Shown here: positions 9,883-20,564 of the stretch, one piece after another
How the letters are laid out: every line of letters begins with the position of its first letter
Numbering within the stretch: position 1 is the stretch's first letter
Assembly (NCBI GenBank): GCA_965237955.1
Contig: OZ250169.1
Span: 5,408,001 to 5,472,000 of the forward strand
Origin: Candidatus Marinacidobacterales bacterium
Lineage (GTDB): Bacteria; Acidobacteriota; Vicinamibacteria; Marinacidobacterales; SMYC01
Length of the DNA stretch: 64,000 bases
Direction: 5' to 3'
Translations under genes and position numbers: made by a program
Notes under the pieces: model-generated
What the model was told of the DNA's origin: nothing
Seen by the model: only the letters and a program-made list of their open reading frames with translations
Databases searched by the model: none

Positions 9883-10961
9883 CCGTTCTTCATCTGTCCC
9901 CAAAAATTGGTGTGGCCTTCCATGACGCGGTGCATCTCGGTCCGGCTCGGCTCGAGCGACCACTCGCCGCGCTCATGGGTGCTCCCGAGAGCGATGCCGT
10001 CACGGCGCGGGATCATGTACAGCCCGCCGCCGACCATCATGTAGTCGATCTCGGGCTGCGGGAGCAGAAACGTGAGCTGACCTTTGATAGGCGTTAGGGT
10101 CTCGTCACCGAAGAGATCCCGCGCGCCAAGGCCGCTGCAGTTCATGATGACGGACTCGTCGAGTGAGAGTACGTCGACGACGCTCGCGAACGATCGGAGA
10201 ACGACGTCACCGCCGGCGATCCGATAGTCCCGCAGCAAGGCTCTCAGATACGTGGGCGGCTCGATGACCATCGTCCAGCTTCGGCGGACATAAGGCCACG
10301 GAAACGGGTGCTCGCCTGCGGCTAGATCTTGGCCCTCGGGAAAGAGGTCGGCGATGAGACTGCGCGTCGTCGATTCCGGGGGCTGCTCCGATACGCTGTA
10401 GCGAGGTCGCCAGCGAACGCCGTACTCGAGACCGACGTAGTTCTGATAATAGCGGTTCGCGAAACGCGCCGCCTTCACGAACTGCTCGTCGTACGCTTCC
10501 GTCCGCTCGCCCGGGTCCACCGTCGAGCCCGGGCTCCACCACGCCGCGGACATGTTCGAGGTCGTATCGGGCGGGATGTCCTTAGAATAAATGGTCACGT
10601 CCTTGCCCAGCTTTTGGAGGAGTCGCCCGGTAGAGAGACCCATGACACCGCAACCTATTATCGCGAATCGTTCTTCTCCGGTCGTGAGCGCTTTCTCGAC
10701 TGCCAGATGCGACGAGCCCCACGAAAGCGACATGCCGCCGCCACCGTGACCGTAGTTGTGAACGACGGTTTTGTTGCCGAACGTCTCCACTTCGACCCTA
10801 AAGCCCGACGGGCGGAAGGGGCGTAGTCCTACCGTGGTGCGGATGACGCGCTCGCTAGAGACGTTGACTCGGGCGAGGCCCGGGCCCGCACTCCGGCAAC
10901 CTGCTCCGAGTGCCAAGAGGCCGGCGGCTTGCAGCCATTCACGTCGATCCATGGCGGTCAT
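9879..10961 (-). CDS. FAD-dependent D-amino-acid oxidase family protein, Tat/lipoprotein signal
   Basis: DRREWL twin-arginine signal and GAGC lipobox; GLRPFR, HNYGHGGGG, IIGCGVMGLS, NCSGLGA, PIKGQL. Confidence 0.85.
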   Translation of the reverse strand: MTAMDRREWLQAAGLLALGAGCRSAGPGLARVNVSSERVIRTTVGLRPFRPSGFRVEVETFGNKTVVHNYGHGGGGMSLSWGSSHLAVEKALTTGEERFAIIGCGVMGLSTGRLLQKLGKDVTIYSKDIPPDTTSNMSAAWWSPGSTVDPGERTEAYDEQFVKAARFANRYYQNYVGLEYGVRWRPRYSVSEQPPESTTRSLIADLFPEGQDLAAGEHPFPWPYVRRSWTMVIEPPTYLRALLRDYRIAGGDVVLRSFASVVDVLSLDESVIMNCSGLGARDLFGDETLTPIKGQLTFLLPQPEIDYMMVGGGLYMIPRRDGIALGSTHERGEWSLEPSRTEMHRVMEGHTNFWGQMKNG

Positions 10962-11737
10962 TCTATCAACAAGCCGTTCAGCTCGTCGTAGCTCAAGACG
11001 ATTTCCGTCGCCCCGAGGGCGTAAGGCGCGACTTCGTAGGCGTTGTAGTAGAACGTGAGCGCGTCTTCACCGATGGCGAAGTTGTCGGTCAGTGCGAACA
11101 CACCGTTCTCGAAGAACGCGAAACCGGCGTCGGTCAAGCTCATGCCGTCTTCGATGCTGCGCACTTCTCGAAACAGCGCCTGGGCGAGCGGCAAGAGCTT
11201 TGCCTCGTAGTCATCGACCAGCACATCCGACAACGGAATGCTCTCTCCGGTCCGTGGGTCTAGGTTCGAGAAAGTCACCGTCGCCATCCCATGAGCGCAG
11301 CCGGTAAACGAATGCTCGGAAAGGCTCATGCTCAGAATCTCCGACGTGTTGTGGAGAACGAACGCCTTCCGCTCCAGAAACCACGCATGCTCGTAGCTGG
11401 GCTGGTCTTCTTTGAGGCGGCGATACTCGTCGATGAACGCTTGCATCAACGCTTCCACGCTCGGGTAGGATTCCTCGTCTCCGTAGTTGGCGGTGAGGGA
11501 GGAGAACACCGCCTCGGTCACCGCGGTCACGGCGTACCCTTCGGGTGCATCGACGAGAACGGGATAATCGAGGCGGACGTAAGTGCAACCGTCGGCGCCG
11601 GCGAGACAGTTGTCGAACGTCTGCTCTTTGGTGAGCATTTTGAACTCGAGTCGGTCCATCACTTGCGGTGGAGCTTTTCCTTTGTCGGAAGCTTCGCAGC
11701 TCACCAGCACGAGTGCCAGCGAGAACCATATCCTCAT
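10958..11737 (-). CDS. DUF4163/DUF3298 (PdaC-N/RsiV-like) lipoprotein
   Basis: Lipobox LVSC, FTGCAHG (GGAHG-like), FYYNAYEVAPYALG. Confidence 0.8.
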   Translation of the reverse strand: MRIWFSLALVLVSCEASDKGKAPPQVMDRLEFKMLTKEQTFDNCLAGADGCTYVRLDYPVLVDAPEGYAVTAVTEAVFSSLTANYGDEESYPSVEALMQAFIDEYRRLKEDQPSYEHAWFLERKAFVLHNTSEILSMSLSEHSFTGCAHGMATVTFSNLDPRTGESIPLSDVLVDDYEAKLLPLAQALFREVRSIEDGMSLTDAGFAFFENGVFALTDNFAIGEDALTFYYNAYEVAPYALGATEIVLSYDELNGLLIE

Positions 11738-12268
11738 AGACCCGTTAGTATACGGTCAAAGGACGAGCGTAAACACCACGAGTAGGACGAACAGTGTCCC
11801 GTAGGCAGCTCTTGCGCAGACGTCCGTCCGTCGTGCGTCTTCATGGCGTCCGTGTTTGGTGATGCGGCTCGTGTAGATTGCTTCGGCGAGCGAAATTGAA
11901 AACGAGAATCATCGCGCCTACACTCGTCGAAACGAGTGTCTAGACGAATGCGATAATCCGGACGGCGGTTCTATGGGCCATGTGTGCGTTCCGAGCCGCG
12001 CAGCATGGCACAAAAACGAGCAACTCCGCCAGGCGAGGCACACGCGCTACGGAGACATGTTCACCAGGACGATTCTCCGCGATGCGCAGGGGCGTCATGC
12101 CGGGCAGGAAGACCGGTCGACTCGACGTCCACGAATGACCGAGCGTGCGTATGAGGCTAGTAGAACACCGCGTCCTCACCTCGCGCGGCGATGAGGTTGT
12201 CGACGTGCTCCACCAGGGCATCGCGTCGTTTCAGGATACTGCCTATTTCGACTGGAGTCAGGTAGTTA

Positions 12269-12478
12269 TTGGCGTTCTACTTGCTGACCGCGCGGGACGT
12301 CGTCTCGGGCGCCTCGCCCGAAGAAGTTCTTCTGAGAGCGATGAAAGCCGAGCCGGTCCGTCCTTCGCGGTACGTGAGTGGGATTCCCGAGCAGCTGGAC
12401 TTGCTCGTACTTCGGTGTCTGGCACGGAATCCGGACGACCGGCCTCGGACGATGTCCGATGTTGCGTCGGTACCATGA
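12269..12478 (+). pseudogene. Ser/Thr protein kinase C-lobe remnant
   Basis: AFYLLT...PVRPSRYVSGIPEQLDLLVLRCLARNPDDRP (subdomains IX-XI); no N-lobe. Confidence 0.65.
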
Positions 12479-12488
12479 ATCCCGCGCA

Positions 12489-12824
12489 TTAATTGTCGGT
12501 CTTCGGGAGCTCGGGGAGCTCCGCGGGTGGCTCCGGCTTCTCGGCTGGCGTGCTCGGCGGCATGATCACCCAGAGCGCGAGGTAGATCAGGATCCCCCAA
12601 CCGCCGAGGAACGCTGCAATGACGAACGCGATGCGGAGCGCGGTGACGGAAACACCGAACTGACGGGCGAGTCCCGCGCACACGCCCGAGAACATCTTGT
12701 CGTCGAGGTCGCGGTGCCACTCGCCGGCGCCGGGACGCGGGCCTAGCATGCTTCCGCAGTGACGGCACTTGACGGCGGCCTCTTTGATGTCTTCCGCGCA
12801 ATAGGGGCAAGTTTTCGTGCTCAT
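12489..12824 (-). CDS. Zinc-ribbon + PspC domain membrane protein
   Basis: CPYCAE...CRHCG; RDLDDKMFSGVCAGLA...IYLALWVIMP. Confidence 0.85.
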   Translation of the reverse strand: MSTKTCPYCAEDIKEAAVKCRHCGSMLGPRPGAGEWHRDLDDKMFSGVCAGLARQFGVSVTALRIAFVIAAFLGGWGILIYLALWVIMPPSTPAEKPEPPAELPELPKTDN

Positions 12825-12884
12825 GTAGTCCTTTCTCTGAGTTGAACGCCCCAGCTCGCCAGCAGGGGAAGCGATCCATACGCC

Positions 12885-13654
12885 ACCGCTTCGGCGAGCA
12901 CCACGCGCTGGCGGCAATCGGCGTAGATACAGAGGGATACAAGCATGTTCTGGGGCTTCGGGATGGAGCATCGGAGAACCAGATAGTGTGCAAGGCGCTG
13001 CTGGAGGACCTGGTCGAACGAGGCCTGAGCCCAGAGCGGTATCGGCTGTTCGTGATCGATGGCTCCAAGGCGCTACGGGTCGCCGTCGACGCTGTGTTCG
13101 GTACCCACAACAAGGTCCAGCGTTGCAGGAAGCACAAGGAGCGCAATGTGCTCGGTTATCTGCCGCAGGAGCTGAAGCCGCAAGTGCAAGCGAGCCTGCG
13201 TTCGGCCTGGCAGCTCCCAGCAAAGAAGGGCAAAGCGCGGTTGGAGCAACAGGCGAAGTGGCTCGAGGACGACTACCCCTCGGCGGCGGAGAGCATCCGG
13301 GAGGGGCTCGACGAGATGTTCACCATCAACGAGCTCGACCTCCCCGCATCTCTGAAACGCTGCCTTGGATCGACGAACATCATCGAGTCGTGCTTCAGCG
13401 GTGCGCGAGGTCGTACCCGTCGCGTCACCCGCTGGCGCAATGGCAAGATGGTTCTGAGATGGGCCGCTTCGGCTCTGCTCGCCACGGAGAAAAATTTCCG
13501 TCGTATCATTGGATACCAATCGCTACCGATCCTCGAAGCGAAGTTAGCGGAGGTCACTGAGAATCAAGCGCTCGACAAGCACGCCAAAGTCGGGTAAACC
13601 ATGTGTCAGGAGCCGCCACCACCTCGAACCTTCAACTATGGTGGGGGCACCTCC
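12885..13654 (+). mobile_element. 5'-truncated IS256-family element (type B); transposase C-terminal part ends at 13597
   Basis: GASEN, VIDGSKAL, QRCRKHKERN, STNIIES; right end TTCAACTATGGTGGGGGCACCTCC. Confidence 0.85.
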
Positions 13655-14732
13655 CGTTCAACGCGACGCCTCGGATCATCGCTTCATCTTCGAACGTTCC
13701 GTCCGTGCGATTGACCCATAGCTGGTTCGGGTTGCCGTCATTGGCCACGTAGATGTCGGGCCACTCGTCGGCCGTGAAATCGGCCGCAACGACACCGAGC
13801 CCGCTTCCCCCTGCCTGGATTCCCGATTCTGACGTGACGTCGGTGAACGTTCCATCACCGTCGTTGTGATAGAGCGTGTCTAAGGACGGTGGAAATTCTT
13901 GTGGCCCGCAGTAATCGGGCACGTCGTCGAGGCCCTGACACGGATGATCCGGAGCGAACTCTATGTAGTGAGCGACAAACAGATCCAGAAACCCGTCGCG
14001 GTCGTAGTCCAGAAAACTAGCCGATACACTCCAGTGATTCCCGGCGAAGCCAACGTCTGCCGTCGACTCGCGGAACGTGCCATCACCGTTATTGAGATAG
14101 AACGTATCCAAGCCGTAGTTCGTGAAATAGACGTCAGCATCACCGTCGTTGTCAATGTCTCCGATCGCGATTCCCTGTCCGAAGCCGGGATCTCCCAATC
14201 CGCTTTCCCGAGTCACTTCGTGGAACGCTCCGGCGTCGCTCTGACGGAACAGCCGGTTATGGGCAGGCATGTCTTGCTCACCCGGCGGCGGTTGTCGTGT
14301 CTGAAGCAGGTCGAGGTCACCATCGAGGTCATAGTCGAAGAGCGCAACGCCGCCTCCGGTGATCTCGGGCAGAGAAAAGTTCCCGTCGGGCCAAGCCGCG
14401 GGGCTCGAGTACTCGATTCGCTCCGTGATTTCGATGAGAAACGACCGATTGATCGGATCTCCCTCGGCCGCCGTGGGCCGGTTTATCGACGAGGTCGCAG
14501 CAACTACGTGATCCTCTTCGGTTGGAGTCGTGGTGACGGCGACGGCAGGCTCGGGCTCCAAGTCCGCGGATTTTTCGCCACTCTCGCGGTTCGTGCACGC
14601 GGGCGAGACCGTAACTAGAAACAAAAAGCACAGCGCGACGAGAACCATCAAGGTACGTTTCCAAAAGTGAACGCGCGTGTCAATACTTTTCCTTCGGTGC
14701 GGCGGTGGGCGTCGGTTAGCCTTACAATCCAA
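13655..14732 (-). pseudogene. CRTAC1/ASPIC-UnbV FG-GAP repeat protein, 3'-truncated by IS256
   Basis: GGGVALFDYDLDGDLD, DIDNDGDADVY, DYDRDGFLDLF, YVAND; reading frame runs into the IS end. Confidence 0.85.
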
Positions 14733-14902
14733 GCTTTTCCGCCAAGTCGCTCCCTCTTAGGAGCTTATGTAGGCACCCCAACACACGCTGTCAGCTTTCC
14801 TTACAGAGCGGATTCAAATCGCCAGCACGTGCCCGTGGAAATCGCCGCTAACGAACTCTAATTAAACAACTTCGTTTCGCATGCTATCGACGCACTTCTG
14901 TT

Positions 14903-14918
14903 TGGCATGTTGATTGCA
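14903..14918 (+). promoter_or_regulatory. Sigma-54 promoter (-24/-12) with candidate upstream enhancer TGT-N11-ACA at 14789-14805
   Basis: TGGCATGTTGATTGCA = GG-N10-GC, about 45 bp upstream of a PEP-CTERM-type gene. Confidence 0.65.
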
Positions 14919-14962
14919 AAGCAGAATGTCGTGTTTCTTATCCAAGCGTCAGGAGAACCAAG

Positions 14963-15604
14963 ATGACCAGTCCGTGGAAGACAATCCTTATCGGTGGGTT
15001 CGCACTCGCGATTAGTTCAGCCGCTGCCGCCACTCCGTGGCTCGAAATCGGAGACGCCGGAAGCCTGCCTGGAACAGCGCAGATAACAATCGGCGGCGGT
15101 CCGCTCACCATCATTTCGGGGAACATCTTTTCGTCGTCGGACGAGGACATGTATTTGATCAATATCTCCAACCCCGCAGCGTTTTCAGCAACCACGGTGG
15201 GCACCGGAGGTACCGCGTTCGACACGCAGCTGTTCCTGTTCGACTCGACAGGATTGGGCGTGTACACGAACGATGATGCCGTAGGGCTTCGGTCGACGCT
15301 GCCAGCAGCGCACGCGCTCGGCCCGGCACTCCCCGGCCAATACTATCTTGCGATTTCGACCTTCGACAACGACCCCGTCAGCGGAGCGGGCCTCATTTTT
15401 CCCAACACGTTCCCGGGCGTCTTCGGTCCGACCGGCCCAGGTGGAGCCGCGCCAATCACGGGGTGGGCGGGGGCAGGTAGTACCGGAACCTACAATATCC
15501 ACCTAACGGGGGCAAACTTTGGCGTGCCGGTGCCCGGCACCGTTTTGCTCGTCGCCACGGGACTGCTGGGCGTCGGCACGCTGCGACGCCGGCGTCGCAG
15601 CTAA
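14963..15604 (+). CDS. Secreted DVUA0089-like protein with PEP-CTERM/VPLPA-type sorting signal
   Basis: Signal peptide, EIGDAG, FDTQLFLFD, NDD; C-terminal VPVPGTVLL, TM helix, RRRRRS. Confidence 0.8.
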   Translation: MTSPWKTILIGGFALAISSAAAATPWLEIGDAGSLPGTAQITIGGGPLTIISGNIFSSSDEDMYLINISNPAAFSATTVGTGGTAFDTQLFLFDSTGLGVYTNDDAVGLRSTLPAAHALGPALPGQYYLAISTFDNDPVSGAGLIFPNTFPGVFGPTGPGGAAPITGWAGAGSTGTYNIHLTGANFGVPVPGTVLLVATGLLGVGTLRRRRRS

Positions 15605-15617
15605 AGCTGACTTCAAC

Positions 15618-16806
15618 CTAGTCCCCTGGATCTTTAATTACTGTCCAAATTCGATTTGCCATGTGTATCGAGCGTTCGCTGGGCGAACCGAGCGATGGTT
15701 TCGAGGATTTGGTCGGCGGATTTCGTCCACTTGAACGGCTTTGGGTTCTCGTTGTGAGCATCGAGATAGTCTTGTATCGCAACGCGGAGCTGAGGCACGC
15801 TCGTGTGCGAGCCTCGTCGCAAGGCGTGTTCGGTGAGCAAGCCAAAGAAGCGCTCAGCGAAGTTGAGCCAAGAGGCGTGTGTCGGTGTGAAGTGAAAGTG
15901 GAAGCGAGGTCGCTTGGAAAGCCAGCGTTTGATCGCCGGTGTCTTGTGCGTGGCGAGATTGTCGAGCACGACGTGGATGTCCAACTCGCTGGGAACGGCT
16001 GCTTCGATCTCAGCGAGGAACTTCTTGAACTCTAGCGCTCGATGTCGCGCGTAGCACTTTCCGAAGACTTCACCTGTTGCGGCGTCGAGTGCGGCAAACA
16101 GGTCAGTCGTTCCATGCCGAATGTAGTCGTGGGTTTGTCGCTCGGGCTGGCCCAAGCTCATGGGCAGGACAGGTTGAGCACGCTCGAGCGCTTGAATCTG
16201 CGATTTCTCGTCGACACACAGGACGACCGCGTTATCCGGTGGGTTCATATACAGGCCAACAACGTCGCGTACTTTTTCGACCAGTTGTGGGTCTTGCGAG
16301 AGACGAAACGATTCCGAGCGGTGCGGTTGAAGCCCGAACGTTCGCCAAATACGTCCAATCGTCGAATGACTCAGCCCAAGATGCTTGGCCATCGAGCGCG
16401 TACTCCAATGGGTTCTCCCCTTTGGAGTCGTCTCCAGCGTCTTGGTCACGACTTCCTCGATCTGGTCATCGCCGATTTTGCGAGCCGCTCCCGGCCGAGG
16501 TTCGTCGTACAACCCTTCCATTCGTTGTTCTACAAAGCGTCTTCGCCACTTGCCCACCGTGCTCCTCATGGTGTGCATCTTCCTAGCAACTTCCATATTC
16601 GTCAGACCCGCCGCGCAATCCAGCACGATCTTCGCTCGGAAGGCTTGGTGCGGCGAACTACGGCTGCGTCGCGCCAGTCGCGTCAGCGCTTCGCTTTCTT
16701 GAGACGCCAGCTTCAATTCGCCTTTTCGCCGGCCCTTGTGTTTCATGCATTTAGCAGATCACAGAAGGGCCAGTGTTGTCTAGCTTTTTCTGTTCCATGG
16801 GACTAG
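15618..16806 (-). mobile_element. IS630-family element; transposase 15634..16746
   Basis: Ends CTAGTCCCCTGGA / rc CTAGTCCCATGGA (TA/CTAG target); [40 protein letters not shown]. Confidence 0.95.
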
Positions 16807-16818
16807 ACTGAAACGCCA

Positions 16819-16850
16819 TCGGGAGGGCGCTCCACGGCGCGCCCTCCCGT
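16819..16850 (+). terminator. GC hairpin, probably the displaced terminator of the PEP-CTERM gene
   Basis: CGGGAGGGCGC...GCGCCCTCCCG; it would lie about 30 bp after the stop if IS630 is removed; no long U tract. Confidence 0.4.
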
Positions 16851-17130
16851 TCGCGCGTCTGGGTCGTCTTCACGAAGATTGCCACCCAATCGGCACACTC
16901 GAGTCGCAAGCTCAGTGTGTCATCGCGTAGATCGCGATGTTCACGCCGACCGGATAGGCTTTGAGCGAAAATCGATAGAAGTACTCGTCTTCCTCCGCCT
17001 CTCTTTCCCAGCCGTGCTACTCGCACGATCATTGTGGAGTACGGAGAGCGAACGTTCGACACATCTGTGAATGCAGGGCTTCCATGAGCGAACGGCTGGT
17101 CATCTGACTTACTGCCTGCCATGCTTGGGG

Positions 17131-18486
17131 ATGACGAGACCCCACCGAGTTCGCCGGACCTACGACCATCGGCTGCGTGATGCCATCGCCGCGACTGGTA
17201 ATGCGGATCTGTTCCGGGATGTTGCCATCCCGCGCTCGACGCGGCGCACCTGGGCGCGCGGCGATGTTCGTCCCGTAGTCGCTTCGGTCGATGTTGAGCT
17301 GGAGGTCTACGAGCTACTGGAGCAGGTCGATAAACTGCGCCAGCGCGCCAGCCGCCAGGCGGCAGTCATCGGATTGCTCATGCAGCTTTTGAAACTCCGC
17401 GGCGGCAAACTCGACGGCGATCGCGTTCCCGAAGGCGTAAGCAAATCTGCTGTTCTCCGTGCGATCGGGTCGGCGACTGGCCTCCTACCGTTGGGGACCG
17501 CGCTGACGATCGTCGGCATCTCGTCGGCGCGGTATCACTCGTGGAGGCGCAAGGAGGAGGGCTGCGGGCTCGACGATCAACCGAGCTGTCCGAAGTCCTT
17601 TCCCAGCCAGCTCACACGCGACGAAATCTCCACGATGCGGGATTTCGTCGAGTCCGACGCTTATCGCCACATCGCGGTTCGGAATCTGACGCTTTACGCG
17701 CAGCGCCTAGGCAAGCTCTTCGCGTCGACAAGCACCTGGTACAAGATGATCCGCGAGCGCGGCTGGAGGCGCCCCCGAAGGCGGGTGCATCCCGCAAAGC
17801 CCAAAGAAGGACTCCGAGCAAAGCGCCCAAACGAGTATTGGCAGATCGACGCGACCGTGATCCGGCTGACGACCGGAGTCCGCATCTACCTCCAAGCGGT
17901 CATCGACAATTTCAGCCGAAGGATTCTCGCTTGGCGGGTGAGCGACAAGCTGAGCTCGGCAACGACGCGCGAGCTGCTCATCGAGGCCTCGGGGGACCTC
18001 CCTCGCGCCGCAGCGAACGCCAACGTGCTCGTCGTCACTGACGGCGGTTCGGAAAACTTTGGCGAGGTAGACCAGCTTCTCGAGGATTCAAGTTCTCTGA
18101 GTCGTGTGCTCGCCCAAGTCGACATAGTTTGCTCGAACTCTTTGATCGAAGCGTTTTGGCGACAATTGAAGCACGCGTGGCTTTTCCTGAACACCCTCGA
18201 CAGTACGGTGGCCGTGCGGCGTCTCGTCGCCTTCTACGTCGATGATCACAATGAAAAGATCCCGCGCGCCGTTCTCGGCGGTCGTACACCAGACGAGGTG
18301 TACTTCGGCCGTGAGGAGAATCTGCTGGAGCGGCTCTCTGAGCACCGCAAGAGGGCGCAGCGGGTCAGGAGCGCCGCGAATCGAGCAGCGAGTTGCTATC
18401 GCTGCGAACCGTCACGCGCAGGCCCGGCTGCGCGGAACGTCGCCAGAACACGAGCTCGTCGAAAACCTGCTCGGATATTTGCATAA
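17131..18486 (+). CDS. DDE integrase-core (rve) transposase; element probably about 16914-18505
   Basis: PNEYWQIDAT, VIDNFSRRI, TDGGSEN, NSLIEAFWRQLK, GRTPDEVY. Confidence 0.85.
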   Translation: MTRPHRVRRTYDHRLRDAIAATGNADLFRDVAIPRSTRRTWARGDVRPVVASVDVELEVYELLEQVDKLRQRASRQAAVIGLLMQLLKLRGGKLDGDRVPEGVSKSAVLRAIGSATGLLPLGTALTIVGISSARYHSWRRKEEGCGLDDQPSCPKSFPSQLTRDEISTMRDFVESDAYRHIAVRNLTLYAQRLGKLFASTSTWYKMIRERGWRRPRRRVHPAKPKEGLRAKRPNEYWQIDATVIRLTTGVRIYLQAVIDNFSRRILAWRVSDKLSSATTRELLIEASGDLPRAAANANVLVVTDGGSENFGEVDQLLEDSSSLSRVLAQVDIVCSNSLIEAFWRQLKHAWLFLNTLDSTVAVRRLVAFYVDDHNEKIPRAVLGGRTPDEVYFGREENLLERLSEHRKRAQRVRSAANRAASCYRCEPSRAGPAARNVARTRARRKPARIFA

Positions 18487-18680
18487 TGTCTGTGTGAGCA
18501 GCACTGGTGCAAGTTCTCCCTTTGAACGACGTTCACGGCGTTCCAGCAAACATCAAGGGCCTCGGGAATCGCCTCTCAGGCCATGGACACATCAAGTCGA
18601 GTGCGACGTACTTGGGAAACGCGAAAGGAAATTCCTATCGCGAGCCGGCATCAAGCCACCCCTATTGGGGTAGCTGTTGG

Positions 18681-20051
18681 CTATCCTAGTTTGGATGAAA
18701 CCAAGCGTTTTGCAAATTCTTTTGCCTTTTCAGGAATCTGTAGTATTACCGCCGATTCCTTTAACGGTTTGGTGGCATCCATTCCTATCCGCGTTGCTAT
18801 GCCTTCATCCGATGCCGAGGGGTCCAACAGGACTCCCATGGCCCCCTCGACCTTCACCAGGTCCTTATCGGCCTGAAAACGGGTGGAAATTGCCCACAGG
18901 ACCTCTGTTTCATTGAAAACATCGACGTCTTCGTCAACCACCACCACCAGTTTTAGGCAATGATCGACGCCCAGGGCGGTTAAGATGGCCTGTTTGGCCT
19001 GACCCGCAGCCGTCTTCTGCATGGATATATAGGCATGAAACAAACCGCATCCGGAAATGGGCACATGCACTTTCTTAAGCCCCGGAATCGTCCGGGAAAG
19101 GGATTGAAACAGGTCCGCTTCCCTCGGAATAGCCAGAAGGGAACAGTGCTCGGCGGACAAACCCGCAGAGATACTCTGATAAATCGGGTTCTCTCGGTGA
19201 TACAGGGTTTGCGCTTCAAAAACATGCTGGGTGCTTCTAAATGAAGAATAATTGGTGAATTCGCCAAACGGACCCTCAGGCTCTCGAATCCCCGCCAATA
19301 TTTCCCCCTCCAAAACGATCTCCGCATATGCCGGTATGTTAAGGGGCACACTTATTCCTTTTACCACCTCAAAGGGCTCGCCCAGCAGCGCGCCGACGAC
19401 TTCGTATTTGCCTACGGTACTGGGAATCACGCCGATGGAGGCCAAAGAAATTAAAGGATGAACCCCCAGCACACACGCAATGGGGAAGTTTTCACCCTTT
19501 TCCTCCGCCCTTCGTTGAAAATCCCATAACCGTTTGCGCGAGTGCAGGCTTATGCCAAAGCGGTTGCCGCCTTTAAACATCAACCGGTGATACCCCAGGC
19601 TGCTCAGTCCGGTGTCCGGATCGGCGGAAACGATAAGGCCGGCGGTAATGTAGGGGGCCGGATCCGCCTGAAAATGAGTAAGTATCGGTAAAACGGAGGT
19701 GTCAATCTGATCGCGCTCATAAATCCTATAATGGGTCGGCGACTCTTTTATCACGTTTTCCCGGTAATAATTACTTTTGCGGTTGGAATACGTGGCAATA
19801 AGATTTTGTTCATCAGTATCAAACGCAAGCGCCATTCGGGCTCTTGAGCCGAGCAAATTAGCGAGAACAGGAATGGCGGCACCTTTGATATTTTCAAAAA
19901 CGACAATCGGAGATTTACCCCGGTTTTCTAGTTCCGTTAGAATAGCAGTGGCCTCATAGGCAGGATCCACTTCTTCGGTGATATGCATGACTTGATCCGG
20001 GCTTTTGGTTTCCGCTTGATGGATATATGACCGCCAGTCCTGCTTGCTCAT
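18681..20051 (-). CDS. UbiD-family prFMN-dependent (de)carboxylase
   Basis: PYITAG, GYHRLM, EIVLEGEI, EPEGPFGEFTNY, VVVDEDVD, WAISTRFQ, LDPS, GMDATKP; lower GC than the host. Confidence 0.92.
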   Translation of the reverse strand: MSKQDWRSYIHQAETKSPDQVMHITEEVDPAYEATAILTELENRGKSPIVVFENIKGAAIPVLANLLGSRARMALAFDTDEQNLIATYSNRKSNYYRENVIKESPTHYRIYERDQIDTSVLPILTHFQADPAPYITAGLIVSADPDTGLSSLGYHRLMFKGGNRFGISLHSRKRLWDFQRRAEEKGENFPIACVLGVHPLISLASIGVIPSTVGKYEVVGALLGEPFEVVKGISVPLNIPAYAEIVLEGEILAGIREPEGPFGEFTNYSSFRSTQHVFEAQTLYHRENPIYQSISAGLSAEHCSLLAIPREADLFQSLSRTIPGLKKVHVPISGCGLFHAYISMQKTAAGQAKQAILTALGVDHCLKLVVVVDEDVDVFNETEVLWAISTRFQADKDLVKVEGAMGVLLDPSASDEGIATRIGMDATKPLKESAVILQIPEKAKEFAKRLVSSKLG

Positions 20052-20564
20052 AACGGCTCCCTTTTCAACTGAAGTTGTTTGTCTTCGATATCCTGAACGC
20101 CGCCTTTCACTGCAATGGGCATAGGAATTTCAAACGGCCCTCCCAATGTAGAGCTGGGTGAGTGGACCGTCCAGGGAGCCTGATGTGGTGGTCCACCCGG
20201 CTGCTTCCGGTCTGATCCGGGGGCCGATCAGCGATCGCGAGCCGATCGCGCTTCGCCAGTTCAAGCGCTTCGCAGTATTCGGAATCCTCATCGAGCCAGC
20301 GGTAATGGCTGCTCCGTTCGTGTACCTCCACTGAATAGCCCACCCGAAGATGGGTGAACAGACTATTTCCGAAGGATCGTGTCTTTTGACTTCTGGAAAA
20401 AGGTTGAGATCGGCTAACTTGCCGCCCATATCGGCACTTGGGTTTCTGATGCGGATGGCTAGCCCCTTGAGTCCATGGCTGAATAAAGTATCCGCATATC
20501 ATACGTTAGTACCGAAGGTCAATCCATAAGTAGCTGGACAGCTGGAGGGCGCACGTCACGATCG

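Noticed and set aside
20240-20330. Prophage, suggested by a terminase-small-like peptide (HYRWLDEDSEY)
   Set aside because: Isolated fragment with no other phage genes.
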